From Candidatus Limadaptatus stercoripullorum (lineage in GTDB: Bacteria > Bacillota > Clostridia > Christensenellales > CAG-917), in the NCBI GenBank assembly GCA_018713795.1, contig DVOE01000010.1:4014-68013 (forward strand): a stretch of 64,000 nucleotides of DNA, in the 5' to 3' direction. The notes under the pieces are model-generated. The model did not search any database. It saw only the letters and a list, made by a program, of their open reading frames with translations, and had not been told where the DNA came from. Positions 7,881-16,761 of this stretch are shown piece after piece. Position 1 is the stretch's first letter, and the number at the start of each line of letters is the position of its first letter. The translations under genes were made by a program, and so were the position numbers.

Positions 7881-9185
7881 ATGGCAGAGATCATCAAAGC
7901 CGAAATGTGGGACAAGATGCAATATCTGTTCCGCAACTACTACGACAGGATGGTGCACTGCGTGCAGTACTATGACGGGCTCATAGACATCAAGGTGCTG
8001 CGCAATGTGCTGGTTTTTCTGACCGAGAAGGTGCCCGTGCTGCATTCCTCCTTCCACGGCAATGTCATCGAGCCGTATTGGACGGTGGAGAACTACACGG
8101 TGGACGACATTCTGACCGTCAAAGAATCCACCGACCTCGAGGCGGACATCAACGCGTTCATCTATCAGTGCATCCCCGTCGAGAGCAATGTGCAGTACCG
8201 CATGGCGGTGTTCAACAAGGACGGCAAAAGCACTCTGTGCATGATCGTCAATCACATGTGCATGGACGGCGGCGACTTCAAGTACTTCATGAAGAAGCTC
8301 GCCGAGAACTACAACAAGCTGCTCGACGGCGACCATTCGCTCAGCATCAAGACGGGCAGCCGCAGTTACGACGCCGTGTACAGCAAACTCACGCCCGAGG
8401 AGGAGAAGATCGCCCGCGGGCTGTACAAGAACATCAGCCAGGTCAAGGACGAGCATTACTTCCCGCTCACCCAGCCCTCGCCCTACGACGCCACCCGCAT
8501 AGTGCGCCGCAAGGTGGGCAAGGAGCTGTTCGCCTCCTTCCGCAAGATAGGCAAGGTGCTCGGCGTCACCGTCAACGACCTCATGCTCGCCTTTTATGTC
8601 AGGTCGCTCTATGAGATCGGCATGTTCAAGGACGACGAGCGTCTGACCATCCCCTGCATGGTCGACCTCCGCCGCCATATCGTGGACGGCGGCGCGGAGA
8701 CCGGGCTCACCAACCACACCGGGTTCATGCAGTGCTCGGTCGCTTGCAAGGGCGAGACCATCAACGACACCCTCGTCGAGGTGCTGCGCTCGGTGCGCAA
8801 GAGCAAGGACGATCCCTATATGGGGCTTTACAGCCTGCCCCTTCTCAAGCTCGCCTACACCATCTTCCCCTTCGTGGTCAGCGAACAGGCGATCAAGATT
8901 GGGTACCTCAACCCGCTCATCGGCATGTCCAACATCGGCGTCATGGACGACAGGGCGCTCGCGCTCGGCGACGCCAACATAATCGACGGGTTCATGACCG
9001 GCGCGGTCAAGTATAAGCCGTATATGCAGCTTGCCCTCACCAGCCTGCTCGGCGACATCACCATGACCATCGCCATCCGCGGAAACGACGAGGACGAGAG
9101 GATAGTCAACCGCTTTTTCGACATGATCATCGCGAACATGAACGAGTTCGTCCGCCTCAACGCCCACCGTCTGGAAGCCAAATGA
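7881..9185 (+). CDS. Free-standing condensation-domain-like acyltransferase (HxxxDG superfamily; PapA5 / NRPS C-domain-like), paralogue 1
   Basis: 434 aa with NHMCMDGGD (HxxxDG, nt 8253-8270) at residue 125, the usual position in about 430-aa free-standing condensation-type acyltransferases. Starts 19 nt after the preceding membrane protein. Roughly 45-50 percent identical by eye to the ORF at 10366. Confidence 0.6.
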   Translation: MAEIIKAEMWDKMQYLFRNYYDRMVHCVQYYDGLIDIKVLRNVLVFLTEKVPVLHSSFHGNVIEPYWTVENYTVDDILTVKESTDLEADINAFIYQCIPVESNVQYRMAVFNKDGKSTLCMIVNHMCMDGGDFKYFMKKLAENYNKLLDGDHSLSIKTGSRSYDAVYSKLTPEEEKIARGLYKNISQVKDEHYFPLTQPSPYDATRIVRRKVGKELFASFRKIGKVLGVTVNDLMLAFYVRSLYEIGMFKDDERLTIPCMVDLRRHIVDGGAETGLTNHTGFMQCSVACKGETINDTLVEVLRSVRKSKDDPYMGLYSLPLLKLAYTIFPFVVSEQAIKIGYLNPLIGMSNIGVMDDRALALGDANIIDGFMTGAVKYKPYMQLALTSLLGDITMTIAIRGNDEDERIVNRFFDMIIANMNEFVRLNAHRLEAK

Positions 9186-9200
9186 CCGTGCGCACGGACG

Positions 9201-9241
9201 GGGGTCACGGCAGCGCGCCTGCCGTGGCCCCTTTTTCTTTT
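9201..9241 (+). terminator. Rho-independent terminator
   Basis: 13-bp stem GGGGTCACGGCAG / CTGCCGTGGCCCC (one G-U pair) with a 5-nt loop, then TTTTTCTTTT. It begins 16 nt after the stop at 9185. Confidence 0.65.
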
Positions 9242-9290
9242 GCGCGGACGGGCACGACGCGCGGGCGCGGGTCAAAATCTCGTCAAAGGG

Positions 9291-9319
9291 TTTACATGAT
9301 ATTTGACATGTGTTAAAAT
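9291..9319 (+). promoter_or_regulatory. SigA-type promoter for the esterase/acyltransferase-2 unit
   Basis: TTTACA (9291-9296), 17-nt spacer, then TAAAAT (9314-9319) preceded by TGT (extended -10-like). About 48 nt upstream of ATG 9367. Confidence 0.5.
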
Positions 9320-9366
9320 GCCGTTGCGACGAAGTTCGGTTTTTGCCGGCGCAACGGAGGTCTAAA

Positions 9367-10284
9367 ATGAGTCTGCAAAGTTTTCTGTTTGTTGCCATCG
9401 ATAAACTGTTCAATCCTTATCAGAACGAGCGCAAGATGACCAAGTTCAAGGATGTCGACTTCGACATCAGGACGGACATAGTCTACGACGAGTCTTCGCC
9501 CGAGGCGTGCCGTCTCGACACCTATGTTGTCAAGGGCGGCGAGGGCAAGCGTCCCGTGCTGTTCTACATACACGGCGGCGGCTTCGTCGCGGGCGACAAG
9601 CACTATCGCCGCGCGCTCTCCCGTTGGTATGCCAATATGGGCTACTTCGTGGTCAATGTCAACTACGGTCTCTGCCCCGAATATCAGTGCCCCGTGCCTC
9701 ACAGGCAGCTGGTCGCCGCCCTCAATTGGGTGGGCGCGCACGCCGATGAGCTCGGCATGGACACGGGCAGGATGGTGGTCTCCGGCGACAGCGCGGGCGG
9801 TTACTACGCCGCCATGCTGGCATGCATAACCATCAACAAGTCCCTTCAGGACAAGCTCGGGGTGTCCACCGACCTCAGGTTCGGCGGCGCGGTGCTCAAC
9901 TGCGGCATCTACGATGTGGCGACCGCGCTCAAAAACAAGTATCCCTTCGATCTCGGCGGCAAACTGCTCAAGGACTTCGCCGGCATCAAGAAGGACGAGA
10001 TCGATTCCTACGAGTGGAAGGATCTTTGCAGCGTATTGCCGCATGTCACCGAGGAGTTCCCCGTGTCCTTCCTCACCCACGCGGCAAAGGATATCTTCTG
10101 CGGCGGGCAGGCGGATGGGCTCATGAAACTGCTCGGCGAGAAGGGCGTGCACTACGAAGAGTATCACTCCGACGGGTTCATGGACAACCACTGCTTCTCG
10201 CTCAACTGGAAGAGCAAAGCCGCCCGCGAGAACAACCGCCTCACCGAAGACTTCGTGAGAAGGTTCGCGGAAGGCAAACTTTGA
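9367..10284 (+). CDS. Alpha/beta-hydrolase fold esterase/lipase (hormone-sensitive-lipase-like family)
   Basis: GGAGG lies 6 nt upstream of ATG 9367. Oxyanion-hole HGGGF (nt 9571-9585) and nucleophile elbow GDSAGG (nt 9784-9801). Confidence 0.8.
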   Translation: MSLQSFLFVAIDKLFNPYQNERKMTKFKDVDFDIRTDIVYDESSPEACRLDTYVVKGGEGKRPVLFYIHGGGFVAGDKHYRRALSRWYANMGYFVVNVNYGLCPEYQCPVPHRQLVAALNWVGAHADELGMDTGRMVVSGDSAGGYYAAMLACITINKSLQDKLGVSTDLRFGGAVLNCGIYDVATALKNKYPFDLGGKLLKDFAGIKKDEIDSYEWKDLCSVLPHVTEEFPVSFLTHAAKDIFCGGQADGLMKLLGEKGVHYEEYHSDGFMDNHCFSLNWKSKAARENNRLTEDFVRRFAEGKL

Positions 10285-10365
10285 GAGCGTTTGCGGGAAT
10301 GCACGGGGGGAGCGCGGCGACGCTCCCTCTTTGATTTGAAAGAAGGGGGAAGGGGAGAAGAACAT

Positions 10366-11652
10366 ATGCCAAGGAAGATCTTCAAAGCCGAGATGTGGGA
10401 CAAGATGCAATATCTGTTCCGCAACTACTACGATCGGATGATGCACTGCGTCCTCTTTTACGAGGGCGCGATCGACGAGGACGCCCTCGGGCGCGCGCTC
10501 ATGTTCCAGGTGGGCGAGGTCGATGTGCTGCACAGCCGCTATCACAACAATTTCATCAAGCCGTATTGGGTGGTGCAGCCCTTCTCGCTCTCCGACTTTT
10601 TCACCGTGCAAAGCAGCGAGGATGTGCGGCGGGACGCGGTGGAGTTCGCCGAGCGCCGCATCCCCATAAAGAGCAATGTCCAGATCCGCGTCGGACTTCT
10701 CAAAGGGGAGAAGGAGAGCGCGCTCGTCTTTGTCGTCAACCATATGTGTTTTGACGGCGGCGACCTCAAATATTTCGTCATCAAACTTTGCGAAAATTAC
10801 ACAAAGCTGGTTTCAGGCGACGAAAACATGGAGATAAAGCACGGTTCGCGCGCTTACGACATGGTCTACTCCGCTATGAGCAAGGAGGACGCGAAGGCGG
10901 CGCGGGGGCTTTACGGCAATGTCAGCGAGGTCAAAAACAAGCACTATTTCCCGCTGACTTCGAAGTGCGGCGAGGACCGCAACCGCATCATTTTGAGGAA
11001 GCTTTCGGCGGACAGATTCGAGGCGGCGAGGGCAAAGGGCAAGGCGATGGGGTTCACGGTCAACGACATCATCCTCGCGGCGTACGCCCGCGCGCTCGTC
11101 GGCATAGGCGCGGCGAAGAAGGACGACACCCTCACCATCCCCTGCATGGTCGACCTCAGGCGGCATATGGCGAAGGGCGGCGCGGAGACCGGGCTCACCA
11201 ACCACACCGGGTTCATGACCGTCACCCTGCGCGGCATAGGCGAGAGCGCGGAGGATACGCTCGCGGCGGTCAGGGACGCCATGGCGGGCAACAAGAGCGA
11301 CAAGTTCCTGGGGTTGCATTCGCTGCCGCTCCTGCATCTTGCCTACACCATCCTGCCGCATTTCATCAGCGAGTGGGCGATAAAGCTCGGCTACGACAAC
11401 CCGCTCATCGGCATGAGCAACATAGGTTCCATAAAACCGGCGGATTACGCGCTCGGAGAGGCGAGGCTCGTTGACGGGTTCTATACGGGCGCGGTCAAGG
11501 GCAAGCCGTTCATGCAGCTGGCGTTCACCACGCTCGGAGGAGAGGTGACCTTCTCCATAGCCATAACCGGCAACGACGAGGACGAGAGGACGGTGAACCG
11601 TTTCTTCGATCTGCTGTTCAAGGAGATCGACGCGGTCGCCGCTTGCAACTGA
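10366..11652 (+). CDS. Free-standing condensation-domain-like acyltransferase (HxxxDG), paralogue 2
   Basis: NHMCFDGGD (nt 10741-10758) at residue 126. Collinear with the ORF at 7881 along its full length. I prefer ATG 10366 (a purine-rich AAGGGGAG lies upstream) to the track start 10291. Confidence 0.6.
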   Translation: MPRKIFKAEMWDKMQYLFRNYYDRMMHCVLFYEGAIDEDALGRALMFQVGEVDVLHSRYHNNFIKPYWVVQPFSLSDFFTVQSSEDVRRDAVEFAERRIPIKSNVQIRVGLLKGEKESALVFVVNHMCFDGGDLKYFVIKLCENYTKLVSGDENMEIKHGSRAYDMVYSAMSKEDAKAARGLYGNVSEVKNKHYFPLTSKCGEDRNRIILRKLSADRFEAARAKGKAMGFTVNDIILAAYARALVGIGAAKKDDTLTIPCMVDLRRHMAKGGAETGLTNHTGFMTVTLRGIGESAEDTLAAVRDAMAGNKSDKFLGLHSLPLLHLAYTILPHFISEWAIKLGYDNPLIGMSNIGSIKPADYALGEARLVDGFYTGAVKGKPFMQLAFTTLGGEVTFSIAITGNDEDERTVNRFFDLLFKEIDAVAACN

Positions 11653-11680
11653 CGCGGAAAAGCGTCGCGAGGGAGGGAAA

Positions 11681-12697
11681 ATGAAAGAGGACAAGAAGGG
11701 GACCGCGGCGGCAGCCGCGGAGCAGACCGCCGCGCCCGCGGCGGAGACTGAGAGGGAAGCGCCCGTCTCCAAAAAACAGTCTGCGATCGCAAAGGCGAGT
11801 TTCGTCTGGACGGTCATCAGCATGCTGTTCGCGATCGCCTCAGGCGTCACGCTCATACTAAACCATTGGATACTCGCGCCATACTCCTACATAATGCTGG
11901 GGTTCCTCGCGGGCTACGCGGTGGCGTTCGTCGCGATCACGATTTTCTTCATCCGCGATGTCAAGGCGGGCAAGAAGCAGATCAAGAACCTCAAAAAGCT
12001 GTTCGGGATCTTCAAGATATTCACGACCTTCGTCTTCCTCGTGGTCACCGCCGTGTCCATGGTCGGCGTGGTGGAAGCCAAGGGGCTGGGACTGTGGCAG
12101 TGGATCATCCTCGGCGCGCAGATAGCCGTCGCCGGCGTGCAGCTCGGGCTCAAGATAACGCTGCTCATCCTCGGCGCGATCTTCAAGAAGAAGGGAAAAA
12201 AGTACGCCGTGCGCGTGTCCACTTATGTCAACGGCATCCGCAAGGAGAACGGCATACGCACCGCCATCCAAGCCAAGATGTACGGCACGGACAAGGCGGA
12301 GACCGCCCCCGCCGCGGATAAGGCGTCAGCCGCAGCCGCGACGCAGGGAGAAGAGCTCCCCGCACCCAAAAGCGGAGAGGCAGCCGAAAGCCCCGCCAAG
12401 GCTCCCGCCGAAGAACAGGCAAAGCCCGCCAAGGCGCCTGCAACCGCCAAGAGCAAACAGGCGGTCGAGAAGATAAAGCTCAGCGGGCAGAAGGCGCGGG
12501 AGTACGCTTCCAAGGCGGCTGCCGCCGTCGCCAAGCGCATAGAGGACGCCGAAAACAGAGCGGCGGGCAAGAGCGCGCGGGCGGACGAAGCTCCCGCCGC
12601 GCAGGAAAAGCCCGCGGAAAAGACTGCCGCCAAGCCCCGCGCGAAGACCTCTTCAAAGCCTGCGGGCTCTTCGGGGAAAGGCGGCGGGAAGAAATAA
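11681..12697 (+). CDS. Membrane protein (about 4 TM helices) with Ala/Lys/Pro/Glu-rich low-complexity N- and C-terminal tails
   Basis: GGGAGGG RBS. A hydrophobic core spans roughly residues 45-170. The C-terminal approximately 150 aa read like AKPAKAPATAKSKQ...AAKPRAKTSSKPAGSSGKGGGKK. No recognisable family. Confidence 0.5.
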   Translation: MKEDKKGTAAAAAEQTAAPAAETEREAPVSKKQSAIAKASFVWTVISMLFAIASGVTLILNHWILAPYSYIMLGFLAGYAVAFVAITIFFIRDVKAGKKQIKNLKKLFGIFKIFTTFVFLVVTAVSMVGVVEAKGLGLWQWIILGAQIAVAGVQLGLKITLLILGAIFKKKGKKYAVRVSTYVNGIRKENGIRTAIQAKMYGTDKAETAPAADKASAAAATQGEELPAPKSGEAAESPAKAPAEEQAKPAKAPATAKSKQAVEKIKLSGQKAREYASKAAAAVAKRIEDAENRAAGKSARADEAPAAQEKPAEKTAAKPRAKTSSKPAGSSGKGGGKK

Positions 12698-12704
12698 AAC
12701 GACG

Positions 12705-12741
12705 AAAACAAAACGGGACGCGCTCGCGTCCCGTTTTTTTG
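12705..12741. terminator. Bidirectional rho-independent terminator between convergent genes
   Basis: CGGGACGCG / CGCGTCCCG inverted repeat flanked by AAAACAAAA upstream and TTTTTTT downstream. It sits between the stops at 12697 (+) and 12760 (-). Confidence 0.7.
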
Positions 12742-12759
12742 TTTGCGTGTAGCCCTGAG

Positions 12760-13974
12760 TTATTTCCCCAGCGCGAAAAATTCGCGGGTCAGGAGGGCGG
12801 GATCTTCATAGTAGACGCCCGTCTTTTGCGCCGCGCTCTCGCTGTATTCGCCGCCTTCGCCGAGCGCCTTTTCGGAATACCACATGAGGAAGGGCACGGG
12901 CTCGCGGGAGTGGGTGAGTATGGAGACGGGGGTGAAGTGGTCGGGCATGACCAGCATGGCGAAGGGCTCGCCCTTTTGCTTCAGGTGCTCGAAGACGGGG
13001 CGGATTATGCGGCCGTCGATGGCTTCGATGGCGCGCGTCTTGCCCTCGGGATCGCCCTGATGCCCGCACTCGTCGGGAGCCTCGAGGTGCACGAACACGA
13101 AGTCGCAGCCGCCGTCCAGAAGGTCGCACGCCGCCTTTGCCTTGCCCTCGAAATTGGTGGACAGCGTGCCCGTCGCGCCCTCGACATCCACGCTCTTCAT
13201 GCCGGTGCCGATGGCGATGCCTTTGAGCAGGTCCACCGCGCTCACCATACCCCCTTCGAGCCCGTAACGCTCGCGGAAACTCTCGAGGGCGGGGCGGGTG
13301 CCTTGTCCCCAAAACCATACGCTGTTCGCAGGGTTTTTGCCGGATAAAACCCGTTTTCTGTTGACAGGATGATCTTTGAGCAGTTCGTAAGAACGCTTGA
13401 TGAGGCGGGTGAGAGCCTCGGACATATCCCCCTTCGGGAGATAGTCGCCGATGCGCCTGCCGCTTATGTCGTGCGGGGGAGTGAGCTCCATGGCAGTGCT
13501 GCCGCGGGCGATGATGAGACAGTTGCGATAGCTGACTCCGGCGTAGAACGCGAAGATATCGTCGCCGAGCTCTTTCTCGAGATATTCCATGAGCTCGCGG
13601 CCTTCCTCGGAGGAGATCTCGCCCGCCGAGTAGTCCTTCATGGTCTTGTCCTCAAAGGCGTCCTCGTCGCCGAGAGTGACGAGGTTGGCGCGAAGGGCGA
13701 CATCGTCGCTCTTCATCTTTATGCCTATGGACAGTGCCTCGAGGGGGGATCTGCCGGTGTAGCAGTCCTCGGCATGGTAGCCGAGCGCGCCGAGATTGGC
13801 GACATCGCTGCCCGGCTTGAAGCCGTCGGGCACCGTCTTGACGAGTCCTATCCTGCCCGTCTTCGCGAGCATGTCGATCATGGGTTTATCTGCCGTTTCG
13901 AGCGGCGTTTTGCCGCCGAGGGCGGGCACGGGGTAGTCCGCCATGCCGTCGCCGAGTATGAGAGCGTATTTCAT
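12760..13974 (-). CDS. apgM: Cofactor-independent phosphoglycerate mutase, archaeal/ApgM type
   Basis: MKYALILGDGMADYPVPALGGKTPLETADKPMIDMLA... is the characteristic ApgM N-terminus. GGAGGAG lies 6 nt upstream of ATG 13974. The track ORF extends to 14217, but that extension has no RBS and no homology-like sequence. Confidence 0.85.
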   Translation of the reverse strand: MKYALILGDGMADYPVPALGGKTPLETADKPMIDMLAKTGRIGLVKTVPDGFKPGSDVANLGALGYHAEDCYTGRSPLEALSIGIKMKSDDVALRANLVTLGDEDAFEDKTMKDYSAGEISSEEGRELMEYLEKELGDDIFAFYAGVSYRNCLIIARGSTAMELTPPHDISGRRIGDYLPKGDMSEALTRLIKRSYELLKDHPVNRKRVLSGKNPANSVWFWGQGTRPALESFRERYGLEGGMVSAVDLLKGIAIGTGMKSVDVEGATGTLSTNFEGKAKAACDLLDGGCDFVFVHLEAPDECGHQGDPEGKTRAIEAIDGRIIRPVFEHLKQKGEPFAMLVMPDHFTPVSILTHSREPVPFLMWYSEKALGEGGEYSESAAQKTGVYYEDPALLTREFFALGK

Positions 13975-13993
13975 AAAAGGCTCCTCCGCAAGA

Positions 13994-14022
13994 ATCTTAA
14001 TTCCTCCGCGCCGCTTTGTCAA
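13994..14022 (-). promoter_or_regulatory. SigA-type promoter for apgM
   Basis: On the minus strand: TTGACA (14022-14017), 17-nt spacer, TAAGAT (13999-13994), about 20 nt upstream of the RBS. Confidence 0.45.
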
Positions 14023-14115
14023 ATGGTGCAAAGGCTTGCAAAGACCGTTTTTTTGTGCTAACTTGATTTGAGAATATAAATCGCGTGCGCGTCGCGCGTC
14101 GCACGCAGGTGGACA

Positions 14116-16074
14116 GTGGCAAAGAACAGGGAAACTCCGCTCCGCCGCCTGCCCGTGGGCAGCGTCAAACCCGACGGCTGGCTGGCTAAACAGCTCGATA
14201 TCGTCAACGCCCTCCAAAAGAGGATGGGCGCCGATCCTTCGCTACTCGAAGGCGTGAACTGGAAGGGCGGAGAGATCTTCCCGCGCTATGTCCGCGGGCT
14301 CATCCTGCTTGCGGGCGTGCTCGGCGAGCCGCAGCTCACCGTCAAGGCGGAGGGCTACATGAACGCCATCTTCGACGCCGCGCTCGAGGGCGGGGATCTG
14401 CTCCCCGAAGACAGGGACGGCGAGGCGCCCAAGACCGAGGCGGTCAAGACTTTGCTCTCGTTCTACGAACTCACGGGCGAACAGCGCGCGCTCACCGCGC
14501 TCAAAAAGTTTTTCAAGAGCCGTTTCAACACCATGTCCGTCACCCATTCCTGGCACCACGCCCGTGCTCGTCTGCTGGACGAGGTGGAGGCGATGGACGC
14601 GCTCTACCGCGAGAGCGACCTCGAATGGCTTAAAGATCTTGCCGAGATGCTGCGCGACCGCAGCCCCGATTGGTTCCGTCTCGCCGTGCGCTTCCCCTAC
14701 AAGAAGGCGGCGGAGAAGTGCATCTCGCCCGCCGCGCTCAAAAAGGCGGTGAGGACGATCTCGCAGGCGGAATCCCCCCGCGAAGGCAAGCGCGTCAAGC
14801 CCTTCACGCCCGAGAAGATGGAGGCGGAATGGAAGCGTCCCGCCCATCAGCTCCTCGTGGAGACGGACGGCGTCAACATGGCGAAGGCGGTCAAATATCC
14901 CTGCACTTACGGCGCGTTTATGGGCGACAGGGAGCTCAGGCGGCTCTCGCTCAGGCTCATCGCCAATCTCAACAGGTACCACGGCAACGCGACGGGGATG
15001 TTCTCCTGCGACCGCAGGCTGGGCGGCAATTCGCCCACCCGGGGCATAGACATCACCGCGGCGGTGGAGATGATGGAATCGCTGGTGTCCGTGCTGCAAG
15101 CCACGGGCGAAGGCGTGTGCGCCGATATCCTCGAACAGATCGCGTTCAATGTCATAGGCGCGGCTGCGTTCGACGACGGCAGCGCGGTGCAGGATGTCCT
15201 CATGGTCAATCAGGTGGAATGCTCGGTGAGGCGCAAGGAATTCTTCGCGGGCTACCCCTTCGGCAACGCCTACGCGCGCGGCGGCATAACCCGCGGCAGC
15301 GTCGCGCTGCTTTCCGCCTATCCCTTCTTCATGCAGGCTCTGTGCATGATGAGAGGCGCGGACGAGCTCAATTTCTTCGCGTACGCCCCCTGCACGCTGG
15401 ATATCCCCGTGCGCGGTTCCGTCCTCCGCATAAAGGAGGAGACGGGCTATCCCTTCCGCAATACGGTGGTGTTCAAGGTGCTCGAAGCGGACGGCGACGC
15501 GGCTGTGCGCATAAATTTCCGCGTGCCGCGCGGCACGACCATGCAACTCATTTCGGGCGGTCAGGTCGTGGCGACGGGCGGCGGCGTCATCTCCGTCAAA
15601 TGCACGCTGCGTACCGGGAGCACTTTTATGCTCAAGCTGGACATCCCGCTCCTCGTGACCACCAACCGCGACGGCACCCATTCGCTCTACAAGGGCAATG
15701 TCCTGATGGCGACCCGCCCCGGGAGCGAGGTCTCCGTGAGGTCCTATCCCGGCGGCGAAGCGGCGGAAGTCAACGCCGTCACAAAATGGAGCGTGGCACC
15801 CGTCATCGCAAAGAGCTCGGGCAGACGCACGCTGTACGACGCCGAACGCACGGTGGTGGGCAAAATGCCCGAAAAGCCGTTTGACAGAGCAAATGCGCCG
15901 TTTGAACTCTACATTCGGTGCAAAAATGTGCTCAACTGGGATTTCGACATCAACGGATTCTCGCTGGCGCCGACCGCGCCCAAGTTTTCGGAGGAGAGCA
16001 TAGAGAGGGCGTTCGTGCCCTTCGGGTGCACCTCCGTAAGGATGGCGCAGTTCCCGCCCTGCTACAGGGGCTGA
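14116..16074 (+). CDS. Putative glycoside hydrolase, DUF1680 / GH127-like (beta-L-arabinofuranosidase-like fold)
   Basis: 652 aa from a GTG start. The N-terminus LRRLPVGSVKPDGWLAKQL and the overall length resemble DUF1680/GH127-type proteins, and the neighbouring glycan-processing genes support the call. The family assignment is by eye and weak. Confidence 0.45.
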   Translation: MAKNRETPLRRLPVGSVKPDGWLAKQLDIVNALQKRMGADPSLLEGVNWKGGEIFPRYVRGLILLAGVLGEPQLTVKAEGYMNAIFDAALEGGDLLPEDRDGEAPKTEAVKTLLSFYELTGEQRALTALKKFFKSRFNTMSVTHSWHHARARLLDEVEAMDALYRESDLEWLKDLAEMLRDRSPDWFRLAVRFPYKKAAEKCISPAALKKAVRTISQAESPREGKRVKPFTPEKMEAEWKRPAHQLLVETDGVNMAKAVKYPCTYGAFMGDRELRRLSLRLIANLNRYHGNATGMFSCDRRLGGNSPTRGIDITAAVEMMESLVSVLQATGEGVCADILEQIAFNVIGAAAFDDGSAVQDVLMVNQVECSVRRKEFFAGYPFGNAYARGGITRGSVALLSAYPFFMQALCMMRGADELNFFAYAPCTLDIPVRGSVLRIKEETGYPFRNTVVFKVLEADGDAAVRINFRVPRGTTMQLISGGQVVATGGGVISVKCTLRTGSTFMLKLDIPLLVTTNRDGTHSLYKGNVLMATRPGSEVSVRSYPGGEAAEVNAVTKWSVAPVIAKSSGRRTLYDAERTVVGKMPEKPFDRANAPFELYIRCKNVLNWDFDINGFSLAPTAPKFSEESIERAFVPFGCTSVRMAQFPPCYRG

Positions 16075-16083
16075 GGTGGAGAT

Positions 16084-16653
16084 ATGAGAACTCTCGAAAG
16101 GATATATTCCCGCTCGGAAAGGATCGTCCTCAGGGCGAGGTTTTCGGGGTTCGCCGCGGCGAAGCTTATCATCGTGGCGGCGGTGCTTGGCGCGATCATC
16201 GCGCTGCTTTGGGTGTACGCACCCGAGATCGAGGGCGGGCTGGATCCCAAGTTCGACGGTACCGTGCGCTATCTCACTCCCGCGAATCTCAAATGGGCGC
16301 TGCTCGGAGCGGCGTGCTTCGTCATTTTCCTCGTCATCTGCGACGCGGTGAGCATGTACAGGCAGGAGCTCATCGTCACGGAGGACAAGTTCATCTTCAA
16401 GCAGGGCGTGTTCAAGATCAGGAGCGTCATGCTGCCGCTCGCGGAGATACGCTATATCGATGTGCACCAGAATGTGTTCCAGGTGATATGCGGCTACGGG
16501 AAGATAAGGGTGATCACGGACGGCGACGCGCCATTCATCATCAAGAACCTCGTGAGACCCGAGAAATTCGCGAGGAAGGTCATGAAGCAGAGCAGCGCGG
16601 TGCGCGAGCAGTCCATGCGCCCGCGGCTGACGCTTTCGGCAAGAGCCAAATAA
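16084..16653 (+). CDS. Membrane protein with bacterial PH domain (bPH_2, YdbS/YdbT-like)
   Basis: Two N-terminal TM helices, then VTEDKFIFKQGVFKIRSVMLPLAEIRYIDVHQNVFQVICGYGKIRV, which is typical of bPH_2 domains. Starts 9 nt after the preceding gene. Confidence 0.7.
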   Translation: MRTLERIYSRSERIVLRARFSGFAAAKLIIVAAVLGAIIALLWVYAPEIEGGLDPKFDGTVRYLTPANLKWALLGAACFVIFLVICDAVSMYRQELIVTEDKFIFKQGVFKIRSVMLPLAEIRYIDVHQNVFQVICGYGKIRVITDGDAPFIIKNLVRPEKFARKVMKQSSAVREQSMRPRLTLSARAK

Positions 16654-16672
16654 GCAAGGATGCGGCAGCGAG

Positions 16673-16700
16673 GATCCCCGCGACGCGGGGGTCTTTTTTT
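16673..16700 (+). terminator. Rho-independent terminator
   Basis: 9-bp stem GATCCCCGC / GCGGGGGTC (one G-U pair) with a 3-nt loop, followed by T7. It begins 20 nt after the stop at 16653. Confidence 0.65.
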
Positions 16701-16761
16701 ATCTGAAAATCGCCTTGCGAACGCCCTCCTCGCAGGATCGAAAACAACCAAAACTTACCAG

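Noticed and set aside
7749-11856. Minus-strand ORFs 7749-9413, 9313-10743 and 10813-11856
   Set aside because: They are antisense shadows of the two acyltransferase genes and the esterase gene. The shared MRNRYCILSHISAL start of two smaller minus ORFs only reflects the identical nucleotide patch in the paralogues.
12739-14061. Plus-strand ORFs 12739-13347 and 13369-14061
   Set aside because: They are antisense to apgM, whose product is clearly recognisable.
14242-16467. 741-aa minus-strand ORF
   Set aside because: It is a codon-aligned antisense shadow of the DUF1680-like gene and the bPH gene. The plus-strand products have recognisable domains; this one has none.
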